From: Candidatus Methanomicula labiotermitis
GTDB taxonomy: Archaea > Thermoplasmatota > Thermoplasmata > Methanomassiliicoccales > Methanomethylophilaceae
NCBI GenBank assembly: GCA_009780575.1
Contig: WQZU01000003.1
Location: 1,940-65,939, forward strand
Reading direction: 5' to 3'
DNA length: 64,000 bases
A program made the position numbers and the translations under genes. Below, in pieces: positions 8,892 to 18,653 of this stretch; within the stretch, counting starts at the first letter, position 1, and every line of letters begins with the position of its first letter. The notes beneath the pieces were generated by a model that saw only the letters and a list, made by a program, of their open reading frames with translations, searched no databases and was not told where the DNA came from.

Positions 8892-9485
8892 ATGGGAAAA
8901 GGCGTCTTCATCGTTTTCGAAGGGATAGACGGTTCCGGAAAGTCATCCTGCATGGAGTCCGTTGCTTCGGCGCTGAATAACGCGAACGTGATCAAAACCG
9001 CCGAACCCACGGACGGAGAGATAGGAATGCTGATAAGGTCTGTCACAAACCTTACAGCGGAAGCGGAGGCATTGCTTTTCGTTGCGGACCGGGCGCAACA
9101 CACTCACCGGATAAAAAAATGGATCGCCGACGGAAATATAGTACTCTGCGACAGATACTATGCGTCAACGCTTGCGTACCAGGCCGCATCCCTTGACGGT
9201 AACAAGGTGGACACAGAATGGCTGAGGACGCTTAATGATATGGTCGTCACGGAACCCGATATCACATTCCTTTTCGACATAGATCCGGAAATCAGCATAG
9301 AACGCGTTGAATCAAGAGGTTCCAAAAGCAAATTCGAATGTCTCGGATATTTGAAGGAAGTGAGAGGGAATTATCTCAGGATCGCAAAAGAGAGAAGGTT
9401 CATAGTGATCGACGCATCCAAGCCGAAAGAGAAGGTATTCGGCGATGTCATCGGTCATATACAAAAAGCGGTAACGCAAGGATAA
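8892..9485 (+). CDS. tmk: Thymidylate kinase
   Basis: P-loop FIVFEGIDGSGKSS and the DRY motif (CDRYYASTLAYQ). Confidence 0.85.
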   Translation: MGKGVFIVFEGIDGSGKSSCMESVASALNNANVIKTAEPTDGEIGMLIRSVTNLTAEAEALLFVADRAQHTHRIKKWIADGNIVLCDRYYASTLAYQAASLDGNKVDTEWLRTLNDMVVTEPDITFLFDIDPEISIERVESRGSKSKFECLGYLKEVRGNYLRIAKERRFIVIDASKPKEKVFGDVIGHIQKAVTQG

Positions 9486-9511
9486 TGAACGGGTACTGAA
9501 ATACAAGAGGC

Positions 9512-10699
9512 ATGCATCCTTCGGAAGAGATCTTCTGCACAAAGAGCAGTAAGCTGAGAGGAAAGACGATAATAATGGGAATAACCGGCAGCGTGGCCGC
9601 ATCCGAATGTTTTGCAACCATACGCGAACTGGTGAGACACGGCGCCAAGGTGATACCCGTGATGTCCGGCGACGCACAGGAATTGGTAACGCCCGTGTCG
9701 CTCGAATTCGCATCCGGTAATGCAGCGATAACAAAGATAACGGCGCAGGCGGAACATGTTTCACTATTGGGCGACAGAAGCGTTGCCGATCTCTTCCTGA
9801 TATATCCGGCGACCGCCAACACGATATCGAAGATCGCGCAGGGCATAGACGACACGCCGGTCACAACAATGGCGACCGTTGCAATGGGTTCGGGAGTACC
9901 GATGGTCATAGCGCCTGCGATGCACGATTCCATGTTCAGGAATCCCGCTCTGCAGAAGAACATAGAATATCTGAAAGACAACGGAGTGATGTTCCTCGGA
10001 CCCCACATAATCGACCTGAGAGCGAAGGTCGTGTCCAAAGAGGAAGTGATCGCCTGGGTGTTCAAGCTGATGTCAAAGAACGATCTCAAAGGGAAAAAGG
10101 TGCTTGTGATAGGCGGCCGCAGCGAGGAACCGATAGATTCAATGCGCATAATAACGAACCGCTCCACCGGCCTTATGGCAGTGCACATAGCCGAACGCGC
10201 CTTCGAGAGAGGAGCGGAAGTTGAACTGTGGATGGGCGGCTGCAGTGTTTTGTTACCTGAGCACATAAAAACGGAAAGATTCGAGACCGTGGACGACCTA
10301 ATGGGCATGGTCAAAAAGATAGATCACGGTGTGGTCATCGTTCCCGCGGCGCTCGCCGATTTCGCGTCGGTTACGAAAAAAGGGAAGATATCCAGTGACG
10401 AAACGATCACGCTGGAATTGAAACCTGTTCCAAAAGTACTTCCCGCCATACGCAAAAAGTGCAAGAATGTGATAGGATTCAAAGCGGAATCGGGTCTTGA
10501 CCGCGATTCACTGATCGGGAAGGCTAGGTCGCGCATGGAGACGTACGGTCTTGCGGCGGTCGTTGCGAATGACATAGACGCTGCCGGAAAAACATCGTCC
10601 AGCGCTATAATGGTGACCAAGGATGAATCAAAGGACATATCCGGAACGAAGGCGAACGTGGCCGATTCCATATTGGACATGTGTGCTGAACTTCCATGA
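9512..10699 (+). CDS. coaBC: Bifunctional phosphopantothenoylcysteine decarboxylase / phosphopantothenate-cysteine ligase
   Basis: N-terminal flavoprotein domain (IIMGITGSVAA...PATANTISKIAQGIDD) and C-terminal CoaB domain (VLVIGGRSEEPIDSMRIITNRSTG). Confidence 0.85.
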   Translation: MHPSEEIFCTKSSKLRGKTIIMGITGSVAASECFATIRELVRHGAKVIPVMSGDAQELVTPVSLEFASGNAAITKITAQAEHVSLLGDRSVADLFLIYPATANTISKIAQGIDDTPVTTMATVAMGSGVPMVIAPAMHDSMFRNPALQKNIEYLKDNGVMFLGPHIIDLRAKVVSKEEVIAWVFKLMSKNDLKGKKVLVIGGRSEEPIDSMRIITNRSTGLMAVHIAERAFERGAEVELWMGGCSVLLPEHIKTERFETVDDLMGMVKKIDHGVVIVPAALADFASVTKKGKISSDETITLELKPVPKVLPAIRKKCKNVIGFKAESGLDRDSLIGKARSRMETYGLAAVVANDIDAAGKTSSSAIMVTKDESKDISGTKANVADSILDMCAELP

Positions 10700-11550
10700 T
10701 CAAAGCATTCTGCCCCGGCCACATAACATGTTTCTTCGCGCCGGTCATCACAGACAATATGATGACCTCCGGATCCGTCGGAGCGGGAATACGTCTGAAC
10801 AAAGGAGTTACGGTAACGCTTGAGGAACGCATCGGCAACAGGATCAGAACGATAATGGACGGGAAGGAATGCGATGCTAAGATATCCGCTTCCGCAGTGA
10901 AGAGACTTGCACCCGGCAGGGGATTCGATATTGTGATCGAGAATGATCTTCCCGTATCCCAAGGAATGGGAACAAGCGCCGCGGGGGCCATAGCGTCAGG
11001 ACTCTGCGTATCATCGCTCATCGGGATCGGAGAACATGATGCGTACAAGGCGGCGCACATCGCCGAAGTGGAGAACGGCGGCGGCCTCGGAGATGTAGCG
11101 GGCATAATCGGAGGGTGCCAGACAATAAGAGTGAAAGCAGGACTCCCTCCTTTCGGCAGGACCATTGACACAGGAATATCAATGAAACTGACGGTCGCTG
11201 TACTCGGCAGGGAAATGAACACAAAACACATACTGTCCGATACCGGAATGATGGAAAGGATAACAAAGGCCGGTATGCGATGCGTCAGCGACTATTCCGC
11301 CGCGCAGTCGGAAAAGGTGCTGTACGAATTATCATCAGAGTTCTCGAGATCCATAGGATTGGAAACGGACAGGATAAAGAACGCTTTATCATTGCTGAGA
11401 AAGGAACACAGGGCGTCAATGTGCATGCTCGGAAACAGCATCTTCACGGACGCGAGCGAAGAACGGACGCGTGAACTTCTGGGTGATGATGCGCTTCTGA
11501 TAAAATGCTCGACCGGCAGCGAAGGACCGATGATCATTCGTAAAGCGTGA
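10696..11550 (+). CDS. Pantoate kinase (archaeal CoA pathway, GHMP kinase fold)
   Basis: MIKAFCPGHITCFF start and GHMP motif DLPVSQGMGTSAAGA. It overlaps coaBC by 4 nt. Confidence 0.7.
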   Translation: MIKAFCPGHITCFFAPVITDNMMTSGSVGAGIRLNKGVTVTLEERIGNRIRTIMDGKECDAKISASAVKRLAPGRGFDIVIENDLPVSQGMGTSAAGAIASGLCVSSLIGIGEHDAYKAAHIAEVENGGGLGDVAGIIGGCQTIRVKAGLPPFGRTIDTGISMKLTVAVLGREMNTKHILSDTGMMERITKAGMRCVSDYSAAQSEKVLYELSSEFSRSIGLETDRIKNALSLLRKEHRASMCMLGNSIFTDASEERTRELLGDDALLIKCSTGSEGPMIIRKA

Positions 11551-11824
11551 ACAGCCTGTCGTCTCCGCCTGCGTCGAACAGACCGATCCGTGAGCCGCAG
11601 TCTATCCATCCGTGAGCGTAGTTGACGGACGCGAACGCATTCACAAGATCTCCTTTTTCTCTGAAGTGCACGGCGTCATTGTAATAGGACGTTGCCATAT
11701 TCAGGAAATCGTCCGCCATCTTTCTGCCGAACGATCTTTCCGGCGCAGCGATCCTCAATTTGTCCGTTGCCGCTTTGGTGATGCTCAGATAACGGTCTAT
11801 CTTCTCATCCGTGATAACGTTCAT
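11534..11824 (-). CDS. DUF357-family protein
   Basis: 96 aa. The pattern YL...A.SYYNDAVHF...GD...A.A...YAHGWLD is as I recall it for DUF357. It overlaps the upstream HerA-like gene by 4 nt. Confidence 0.55.
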   Translation of the reverse strand: MNVITDEKIDRYLSITKAATDKLRIAAPERSFGRKMADDFLNMATSYYNDAVHFREKGDLVNAFASVNYAHGWIDCGSRIGLFDAGGDDRLFTLYE

Positions 11825-13659
11825 TCATCGTCCTCCGACAGAACCTTGACGCCGGTGCCGCCGTGCCTGCTTTCTCTTGGCCTGACGTCTATGAGCAGCG
11901 GAGCCTCGATACCGGCGCCGACCACCATGGCGATGCCGATGGGCATTGTCTGTATATCATCGGTCATGCCGTTCGTCAGACCTTCAACGGATGCGGCTAT
12001 CGCTTTGACGTCGTTCGGGTTCGTGACCTTAAGGATTATCTGTGTTCCGCACTGACTCAGAACGTTCTTGTCTATCTTCGCCGGCCTCTGGCTTATTACC
12101 ATCAGTCCGAGACCGAATTTCCTTCCCTCGGAGGCAATGGTTGCCAGCGCCCTCGATGATATCGCGGTTCCCTGCTGAGGGCAATAGTTGTGCGCCTCCT
12201 CGATTATAAGCATCATGGGCGGAATATTACCGATCTTCCGCATCTCGAACATCAAAGTCCCCAATCTTCTTACGATAAGCTCCTGTATGTCCGGCGGCAC
12301 GCCTTTAAGATTGACAATGGTGGTTTTTCCCTGTTCCACCAATTCGTCAACGCGGTTTCCGCGCGTTGCGAATATCCCGATCTCGTCAAGATATTCCAAT
12401 TCGGTGATGAGCATGGGATTCCTGTTCTCCTCTTCTCCGGAAAGCACGTCTATCAACTCTCTGACCGAATAGGCGTCCTGTCTTTCCCTCAGCGCGTCTA
12501 TCGCCTTTCTAAGCGGAGGCAGGTGCGAACGGATGTCGTTCGTTCTGGTAAGCTCAAGTATTTCCCTCGCCTCAAGCGTTTTGAGGGTGAATCTGAGCGG
12601 CCTTGAATGTCTGTCCGGATTCTTCGATATGGTGAATTCGTTTATGTGGTCCGCATAACCTCTCGGCACAACGCCGAAGCGCGGATCCCCTTTCACTCCG
12701 ACCTCGCGCATCGCCGAATATTCGCCGTGAGGGTCTATGATCATACATGTGACGCGGTGCTTCATCAATTCTTCAATGATGTCCCCGGAGACGTAACTTT
12801 TACCGCCTCCGGTCTTTGCAAGAATACATACGTGACGCTGCAGCAGATCGTTGATGTCCAGATACACCGGGACGCCGTGCCCGTGCAGCAATCCGATATA
12901 TGCGCCGGTCTTCTCCTTCATCTTCAGGCCGAGCACACTCTGTATGAGCATGTCACTGGCCCTGTAGACCGGTTTGCCGGCGCTGAACGTTGTTCTGGGA
13001 ACCTGCAGCAGACCTCTGTCGTCACGGTATCCGACGACGTCGATCTGAGCACTGACGATCTCTTGGATGCTTGTGCTCCCGTTCATGTCCAGTGTCTTCT
13101 CCAAAGACAGATCCGTCTTCCTTATCAGGCTTCCCACCTGACAGAGGACAGGACCGCAGTCCTCATGTTCGGTCATTATGTACTCGGATTTCTCAATATA
13201 AGCGGTGGCGCGGCAATTGAACGTTGATGTTCCAACGTTGCCGTATATTATTCCGACTCCCTCTTTCTTGTCGCTCGCGTTTCCGGCGCTTGACGCCGGA
13301 GGCCTGGTAACCGGTCCGCTGTATTTCGGAATGGGTACGGTTTTTCTCTCAGGCTGCGGCGCAGCGGCCGGTGCAGACGCGACCCTTTTAGGCGGCGGTT
13401 CCGCCCTCGGCGCAGGCCGGGCGGCCGGCGCAGACGCTGTGATCTTTCTAACCGGTGAAGGCTCTGCCCTCGGCGCAGGCCGAGCCGGCGGCGAGGTGTT
13501 TGACAGAGCCGGTAAGGGATCTCTCCTTTTGCCGGCTGAACGGTTATCGAACAGAGGTTCGGGTTTCGGGCGCACAAAAGGCTCATCTCTCACAGGTTCA
13601 ACTGCCTGTTCCCCGTGTTTCCCAAGGCCTTTATCCTTTTTTTTACTTAATAATCCCAT
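11821..13659 (-). CDS. herA: HerA-like (DUF87) FtsK/HerA-superfamily ATPase with a Pro/Ala-rich N-terminal extension
   Basis: HAS-barrel-like region, Walker A ILAKTGGGKSY, Walker B MMLIIEEAHNY, VISQRP motif. About 130 N-terminal residues are low-complexity (ARPAPRAEPSP repeats). Confidence 0.75.
   Translation of the reverse strand: MGLLSKKKDKGLGKHGEQAVEPVRDEPFVRPKPEPLFDNRSAGKRRDPLPALSNTSPPARPAPRAEPSPVRKITASAPAARPAPRAEPPPKRVASAPAAAPQPERKTVPIPKYSGPVTRPPASSAGNASDKKEGVGIIYGNVGTSTFNCRATAYIEKSEYIMTEHEDCGPVLCQVGSLIRKTDLSLEKTLDMNGSTSIQEIVSAQIDVVGYRDDRGLLQVPRTTFSAGKPVYRASDMLIQSVLGLKMKEKTGAYIGLLHGHGVPVYLDINDLLQRHVCILAKTGGGKSYVSGDIIEELMKHRVTCMIIDPHGEYSAMREVGVKGDPRFGVVPRGYADHINEFTISKNPDRHSRPLRFTLKTLEAREILELTRTNDIRSHLPPLRKAIDALRERQDAYSVRELIDVLSGEEENRNPMLITELEYLDEIGIFATRGNRVDELVEQGKTTIVNLKGVPPDIQELIVRRLGTLMFEMRKIGNIPPMMLIIEEAHNYCPQQGTAISSRALATIASEGRKFGLGLMVISQRPAKIDKNVLSQCGTQIILKVTNPNDVKAIAASVEGLTNGMTDDIQTMPIGIAMVVGAGIEAPLLIDVRPRESRHGGTGVKVLSEDDE
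13403..13493. repeat. Imperfect ~63-nt-period direct repeat inside the HerA N-terminal extension
   Basis: gccctcggcgcaggccgggcggccggcg (13403-13430) versus gccctcggcgcaggccgagccggcggcg (13466-13493). A weaker third copy lies near 13350-13380. Confidence 0.7.
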
Positions 13660-13807
13660 GAATGCATCCGTTAACTGTAATTGAACAAGATGATAAAAAT
13701 GTTGCCGTATAATTAGTGTTTTACACTATAACTATGACATTCCGCATGTCAGGATTCATTGAACCGAGTAAATGTAGCGCAAACCGCCGCTGACCGTCCG
13801 GACGCTT

Positions 13808-14455
13808 TCAAACCGATGTGTAACCCATCCAAAAGCCCAATATGCTCAACGGTATGCTGACGATGATCGCGATCAGCATGATCTTTTTGTTTGTTTCCAT
13901 TTTTGACAGCCTTGTCGTCTTCGTTCCGGGCGGCGGATAATGCCCGGTGTTTTCAGCCGCGCGGCCTGCGACACGCTCACGGATCAGCGCTTCTATGTCC
14001 ATCCCCTTTAACTTACATGGAGTCAGGTCAATGGAGATCACTCTTTCTCCGTCTTTCCCTTTCCCGACCTTTTTGCGTATTGTTTCCTCTCCGAATATCA
14101 TTCCCATTCTTGACACGTCGGTAAGGTATACGGTCAAGTGCTTCTCAAAGAGTATTCTTTTGATCTCCGCACCGAGTATGCAGTCCCACGGTATGGGGCC
14201 GAGTGAAACATCGCCTCTTATCGTGAGTCCGTCATCATCAATTATCATCATTTCCTTATTTTCCTTGCGGGCCAGGGAACGGGCGTAGATCAAAAGTATG
14301 ATCACTGCGGGAGCGATTAGGAACAGATTTACGGCAATATATATGCCCGGCTCCAAGAAAAACACAGTAATGGCGGCCAATATGATTATAAGCGCAGCAA
14401 AAGCAACACAAACATACACAACCAGATCGCGGCGTCCGATCACTGTTCTTTCCAT
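13808..14455 (-). CDS. Hypothetical membrane protein (2 N-terminal TM helices, soluble middle, C-terminal TM helix)
   Basis: Hydrophobic segments VVYVCVAFAALIIILAAITVFFL, IYIAVNLFLIAPAVIILLIY and IMLIAIIVSIPLSILGFWMGY. No family recognised. Confidence 0.5.
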   Translation of the reverse strand: MERTVIGRRDLVVYVCVAFAALIIILAAITVFFLEPGIYIAVNLFLIAPAVIILLIYARSLARKENKEMMIIDDDGLTIRGDVSLGPIPWDCILGAEIKRILFEKHLTVYLTDVSRMGMIFGEETIRKKVGKGKDGERVISIDLTPCKLKGMDIEALIRERVAGRAAENTGHYPPPGTKTTRLSKMETNKKIMLIAIIVSIPLSILGFWMGYTSV

Positions 14456-14711
14456 CTTTTAATATCCAGATGTCTCCGTTCATCGATGCGGACGCTGTAA
14501 TATTCGTCCGATCCCACCGATCGTTTTTATCAATTCATAATGCAACAGTAGTATAAAATCAGCAAGCATTGTGAATGCCCGTAATGGCCGCTAAGGCCGT
14601 GAACCTCTGCCGATGAACGGTCCAGTGTTATAAACGGTGTTCAGCAACACGATTTTCCGATGGTCTTGCGTGGCCAATATGTAAATAAAGCACAAATCAT
14701 ATCCGTGAAGT

Positions 14712-15593
14712 ATGATAGTCATCGGTGGTTCGTCATCCCGCGACCTTGCGAAGGAACTTGCCATGATAATGGACTGTAAATGCATACTCGCATCATCCAC
14801 AAGGTTCCCTGACGGCGAATGCTACACGAGGATAGAAGGAGAATCCCTTAACGATGATGTGGTCATCGTTCAGAACACGTATCCGGATACAAGCATAATA
14901 GAGATGCTTCTCATTCAGGATGCGGCAAAAAGAATGGGCGCAAAGTCGATCACTCTTGTGATACCATATTTCGGATACGCCCGCCAGGACCGCATATTCA
15001 AACCCGGAGAGCCGGAGAGCGCCAAAGTCATGGCAAGACATCTTAGCATCGCATGCGACCGCGTTTTCACGGTGGACATACACAAAGAAGAGGTTTTGAA
15101 GAATTTCAAATGCCCTGCGAAAGATCTCAAAGCATCGGGCGCAATAGCCGAATATTTTGCAGACAAGGGAATAGACATCGTTCTGGCTCCGGATGCGGGC
15201 GCAGCCGATAGAGCTAAGGATGTAGGTAAGAGAATGGGAGTACCTTACGATTATCTTGAAAAGGTCAGGCTTTCCGGCACGGAAGTGAAGATCGCACCGG
15301 CGAAGATGGACTGCAACGGAAAGAATGTACTGATAGTTGACGACATAATAGCCACCGGAGGCACCATACTGGCCGCCACCGTACAATTGAAGGAAGCCGG
15401 AGCGAACAGCGTCTCCGTTGCATGTACACACGGCGTTTTCACCGGTGACGCGATACAGAGACTCACCGGAGGGAACATAGACGCACTGCTATGCTGCAAC
15501 ACGCTTGAGAACAAACTTTCCAATATTTCAGTCGCATCCACCGTTGCCGAGGAACTCAAGAAGAAGATGAAGAAGAGACGGCTGAGGAAGTGA
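14712..15593 (+). CDS. prs: Ribose-phosphate pyrophosphokinase
   Basis: YFGYARQDR motif and PRPP loop VLIVDDIIATGGT. It has an unusual Lys/Arg-rich C-terminal tail. Confidence 0.9.
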   Translation: MIVIGGSSSRDLAKELAMIMDCKCILASSTRFPDGECYTRIEGESLNDDVVIVQNTYPDTSIIEMLLIQDAAKRMGAKSITLVIPYFGYARQDRIFKPGEPESAKVMARHLSIACDRVFTVDIHKEEVLKNFKCPAKDLKASGAIAEYFADKGIDIVLAPDAGAADRAKDVGKRMGVPYDYLEKVRLSGTEVKIAPAKMDCNGKNVLIVDDIIATGGTILAATVQLKEAGANSVSVACTHGVFTGDAIQRLTGGNIDALLCCNTLENKLSNISVASTVAEELKKKMKKRRLRK

Positions 15594-15594
15594 G

Positions 15595-16995
15595 ATCATA
15601 GAAAAGGATAAAAATTTCAGCGAATGGTATAACGACATAGTTGAGAAGGCCAACCTTTCGGACAAAAGATATCCGATCAAAGGTATGAACGTCTGGACTC
15701 CGTACGGCTGGAAGATAATGAGGCATGTGGACACATACATACGCAAAGAATTGGATTCAACCGGACACGATGAAGTGTACTTCCCGCTACTTATTCCGGA
15801 GACCGAGTTCAACAAGGAAAAGGAACACATCAAAGGTTTCGATTCCGAAGTTTATTGGGTAACGCATGCGGGTCTGAATGAATTGGACGTCCGTCTCGTT
15901 GTAAGGCCGACAAGCGAGACCGCGATGTATCCGATGTTCTCACTATGGGTGCGTTCGCACACAGACCTTCCGCTGAAGACGTATCAGATCGTGAACACAT
16001 TCAGATACGAGACGAAGCAGACCAGACCATTCATCAGAGTGAGGGAGATTCACTTCTTTGAGTCGCACACATGTCACGCGTCCGAAGAAGATGCGCAGGA
16101 ACAGATCGAGGAAGACATCGTGATACTTGAAAACATAATGAAGCAGCTATGCATCCCGTATTCATTGTTCGTGCGCACGGAATGGGATAAATTCCCGGGA
16201 GCGCATTACACCGTCGGTCTCGACACAGTGATGCCCAACGGCAGGATGCTGCAGATCGGTTCGATACATCATTACCGAACCAATTTTTCGATACCTTACA
16301 ACATAACTTATGAGGACGCGGACGGTAAGCACGAACATGTTCATCAGACCACATACGGCATGTCGGAAAGGCTTGTCGGTGCGATGATAGGCGTGCACGG
16401 CGATGACAAAGGATTGATACTCCCGCCGCCGGTGGCACCGTTCCAAACGGTCATAATACCGATAATCTCCAAGGGCAACGCAGATCTGATAATGAAGGAA
16501 GCAGAAAAGATAAAGGATATGCTAATCTCCGCCGGAATACGGACAAAGCTCGACGACCGTGACGAAAGACCGGGAAGCAAATTCTTTGACTGGGAGATAA
16601 AAGGTGTGCCGCTCAGAATTGAGCTGGGCATTAAGGACATTGAGAACCGTGCGATCACTTTCGCGAGACGTGACAACGGAGAAAAAGGAACGATATCGTC
16701 GGAAGACGTCGTTCCCGGGGTCAATATGATCCTGGAGGCGATATGCGAGAACATGTTCAATAGGGCGTGGGAAAGACAAAGGGCGAACGTTGTCACCATA
16801 GATTCATTGAAAGTCGTTCCGGAGATGACGCTGAGGTTCGGCTGGTGCGGTTCAGAGGAATGCGGACGCAGGTTCGAAGAGGAGAACGATCTCAAATTGC
16901 TAGGAACTCCTTATGTTCCGGAAGAATTCAGCGGCAAATGCATAATCTGCGGGAAGGAAACGGACAAAGCGGCATATGCCGCCAGGTCGATGTGA
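15595..16995 (+). CDS. proS: Prolyl-tRNA synthetase (archaeal type); start codon unresolved
   Basis: Class II core (RPTSETAMYPMF, FRYETKQTRPFIRVREI). The first ATG is 15685. The conserved N-terminus NFSEWYNDIVEKANLSDKRYPIKG is encoded in frame upstream, between the in-frame TGA at 15583 and that ATG, with no ATG/GTG/TTG. ATC 15595 or ATA 15598 are the only near-cognate options. Confidence 0.85.
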   Translation: MIEKDKNFSEWYNDIVEKANLSDKRYPIKGMNVWTPYGWKIMRHVDTYIRKELDSTGHDEVYFPLLIPETEFNKEKEHIKGFDSEVYWVTHAGLNELDVRLVVRPTSETAMYPMFSLWVRSHTDLPLKTYQIVNTFRYETKQTRPFIRVREIHFFESHTCHASEEDAQEQIEEDIVILENIMKQLCIPYSLFVRTEWDKFPGAHYTVGLDTVMPNGRMLQIGSIHHYRTNFSIPYNITYEDADGKHEHVHQTTYGMSERLVGAMIGVHGDDKGLILPPPVAPFQTVIIPIISKGNADLIMKEAEKIKDMLISAGIRTKLDDRDERPGSKFFDWEIKGVPLRIELGIKDIENRAITFARRDNGEKGTISSEDVVPGVNMILEAICENMFNRAWERQRANVVTIDSLKVVPEMTLRFGWCGSEECGRRFEEENDLKLLGTPYVPEEFSGKCIICGKETDKAAYAARSM

Positions 16996-17805
16996 TCACT
17001 TCTTGAGAAAACCCTTGGCTTCCGCGTAAACACGGTCCGCGGGTTCAAGCGTGACCCATCCTTCCTCTAGCTCGATGATATCAAAGTTCAGTCTGTCCGC
17101 GAACTTCTTCGTTGCAGCGTCAAACTCATCTTTATCGCCGAGGCCGGTATCGATCTTCATGACCTCATGATAATCGGCCATCTCAAACACCATCTTCAGC
17201 ATGGAATCGTCGCCGGTGTCCACTCCTTTGAACAGTTCCATCCTTCCGAGAAGATCGTCGTAGTTAGTTGCGAACGCCGGTGTGAAATACATTATTCCGG
17301 GATATTTTTTCAGAAGCTCAAGATAACGTTTCGTTCCGCCTATCGCCGCCGCTATGCAGTCATCCACTATATTACCGTCCTTGTCGCGTATGATGGCCAT
17401 GGGGATCTTCAGGTTATCCGCAGACCAGACGTCGATGTTCTTCATACCGTTGCCGCACAGCCCGTAGTACAGGACAAGGGCATCCGCCCGTTCTTCCATT
17501 ATCTTCATATGCTTTTCCAAGGCCGTTCTCAGATCGATCGGTTCCTCGTGAAGTCCTAGGTCCATCATCCAGATGACGATCGTGTAGTCTTTCTTCGATA
17601 TCGGGCATTTTCCGTCAAGAAATGTGCTCTCATTGATTATCGTGTGCCGTATGCCGTTTCTGACAAGTTTCACTTTGATGCTTTTTGCATGAGCGTTGTC
17701 AAGCAGATACACGTTGGATATATCTTTGTCTTTGGAAATGCTGTATATCAGTTCATCTTCCAGTATGGGGCACGCAAGAACTCCCAGAACGCCTTCGGCA
17801 GTCAT
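16996..17805 (-). CDS. DUF1638-domain protein
   Basis: MTAEGVLGVLACPILEDEL...LVLYYGLCGNG... fits DUF1638 as I remember it. The longest ORF (to 17964) overlaps trmI, so the start is trimmed to ATG 17805. Confidence 0.55.
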   Translation of the reverse strand: MTAEGVLGVLACPILEDELIYSISKDKDISNVYLLDNAHAKSIKVKLVRNGIRHTIINESTFLDGKCPISKKDYTIVIWMMDLGLHEEPIDLRTALEKHMKIMEERADALVLYYGLCGNGMKNIDVWSADNLKIPMAIIRDKDGNIVDDCIAAAIGGTKRYLELLKKYPGIMYFTPAFATNYDDLLGRMELFKGVDTGDDSMLKMVFEMADYHEVMKIDTGLGDKDEFDAATKKFADRLNFDIIELEEGWVTLEPADRVYAEAKGFLKK

Positions 17806-17891
17806 CGTTCTGAAAATAAAATCGAAATATATAAACCGAATCCGTCGTATGTAAAGGATTAATTGTATGAGTTCCATGAGGTGACGATAAA

Positions 17892-18653
17892 ATGCCGTTC
17901 GAAGAGGATGAATATGTTTTTCTGGTCGGTGACGACAGCAAAAGGCATTGGGTAAAGGTTTCATACGGAATGATCAAGATATCGTCGCTCGGAACGATCG
18001 ACGGATCGAAGTTCAGGGAGGCGGACGACGGAAGCACCATAAAGGTCGCGGGCGCAGAGTTCACGGTCTTCAGGCCGGGAACAACGGATCTTATCGCATC
18101 ACTGGAAAGAGGTGCGCAAATAGTCGTTCCGAAGGACGCCGCATCTGTGATCATGAATTGCGACATAAAATGCGGTGACAAGGTTTTAGAGATAGGCGCA
18201 GGGTCGGGAGCATTGACGACCGCGCTCATCAGAGCGGTCGCACCGCACGGTTCGGTGCATACGGTCGAACTGAGAGAGGAATTTGCGCTGCGCGCCCTGA
18301 AGAACATAAAACGAACAGGCCTCGACAAACATTGGAGCTATCAGATCGGCGACGCCAAAACCGTTGACATCGATTTAAGGGCGGATGCCCTGGTGATGGA
18401 CATGCCGGATCCGTGGATCGCGATTGAAAATCTATCGAAGAATCTCAGGCCCGGAGGAAGGATATGCGCGTACGTTCCGAACATGAACCAGCTCGGATCG
18501 ACGGTAACGGTTTTGCGCGACCGCGGTTTCTTCGATGTGCGTGCAGCGGAACTGATGGAGCGCGAGATCGAAGTGCACCACGGAGGCGTAAGACCGTCGT
18601 TCCAAACGTTAGGACACACGGGATACCTAATTTTCGGGAGAAAGAGGACTTAG
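17892..18653 (+). CDS. trmI: tRNA (adenine-N1)-methyltransferase, TrmI/Trm61 (GCD14) family
   Basis: N-terminal beta domain followed by the SAM motif VLEIGAGSGALTTAL and DMPDPW. Ends in TAG. Confidence 0.8.
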   Translation: MPFEEDEYVFLVGDDSKRHWVKVSYGMIKISSLGTIDGSKFREADDGSTIKVAGAEFTVFRPGTTDLIASLERGAQIVVPKDAASVIMNCDIKCGDKVLEIGAGSGALTTALIRAVAPHGSVHTVELREEFALRALKNIKRTGLDKHWSYQIGDAKTVDIDLRADALVMDMPDPWIAIENLSKNLRPGGRICAYVPNMNQLGSTVTVLRDRGFFDVRAAELMEREIEVHHGGVRPSFQTLGHTGYLIFGRKRT

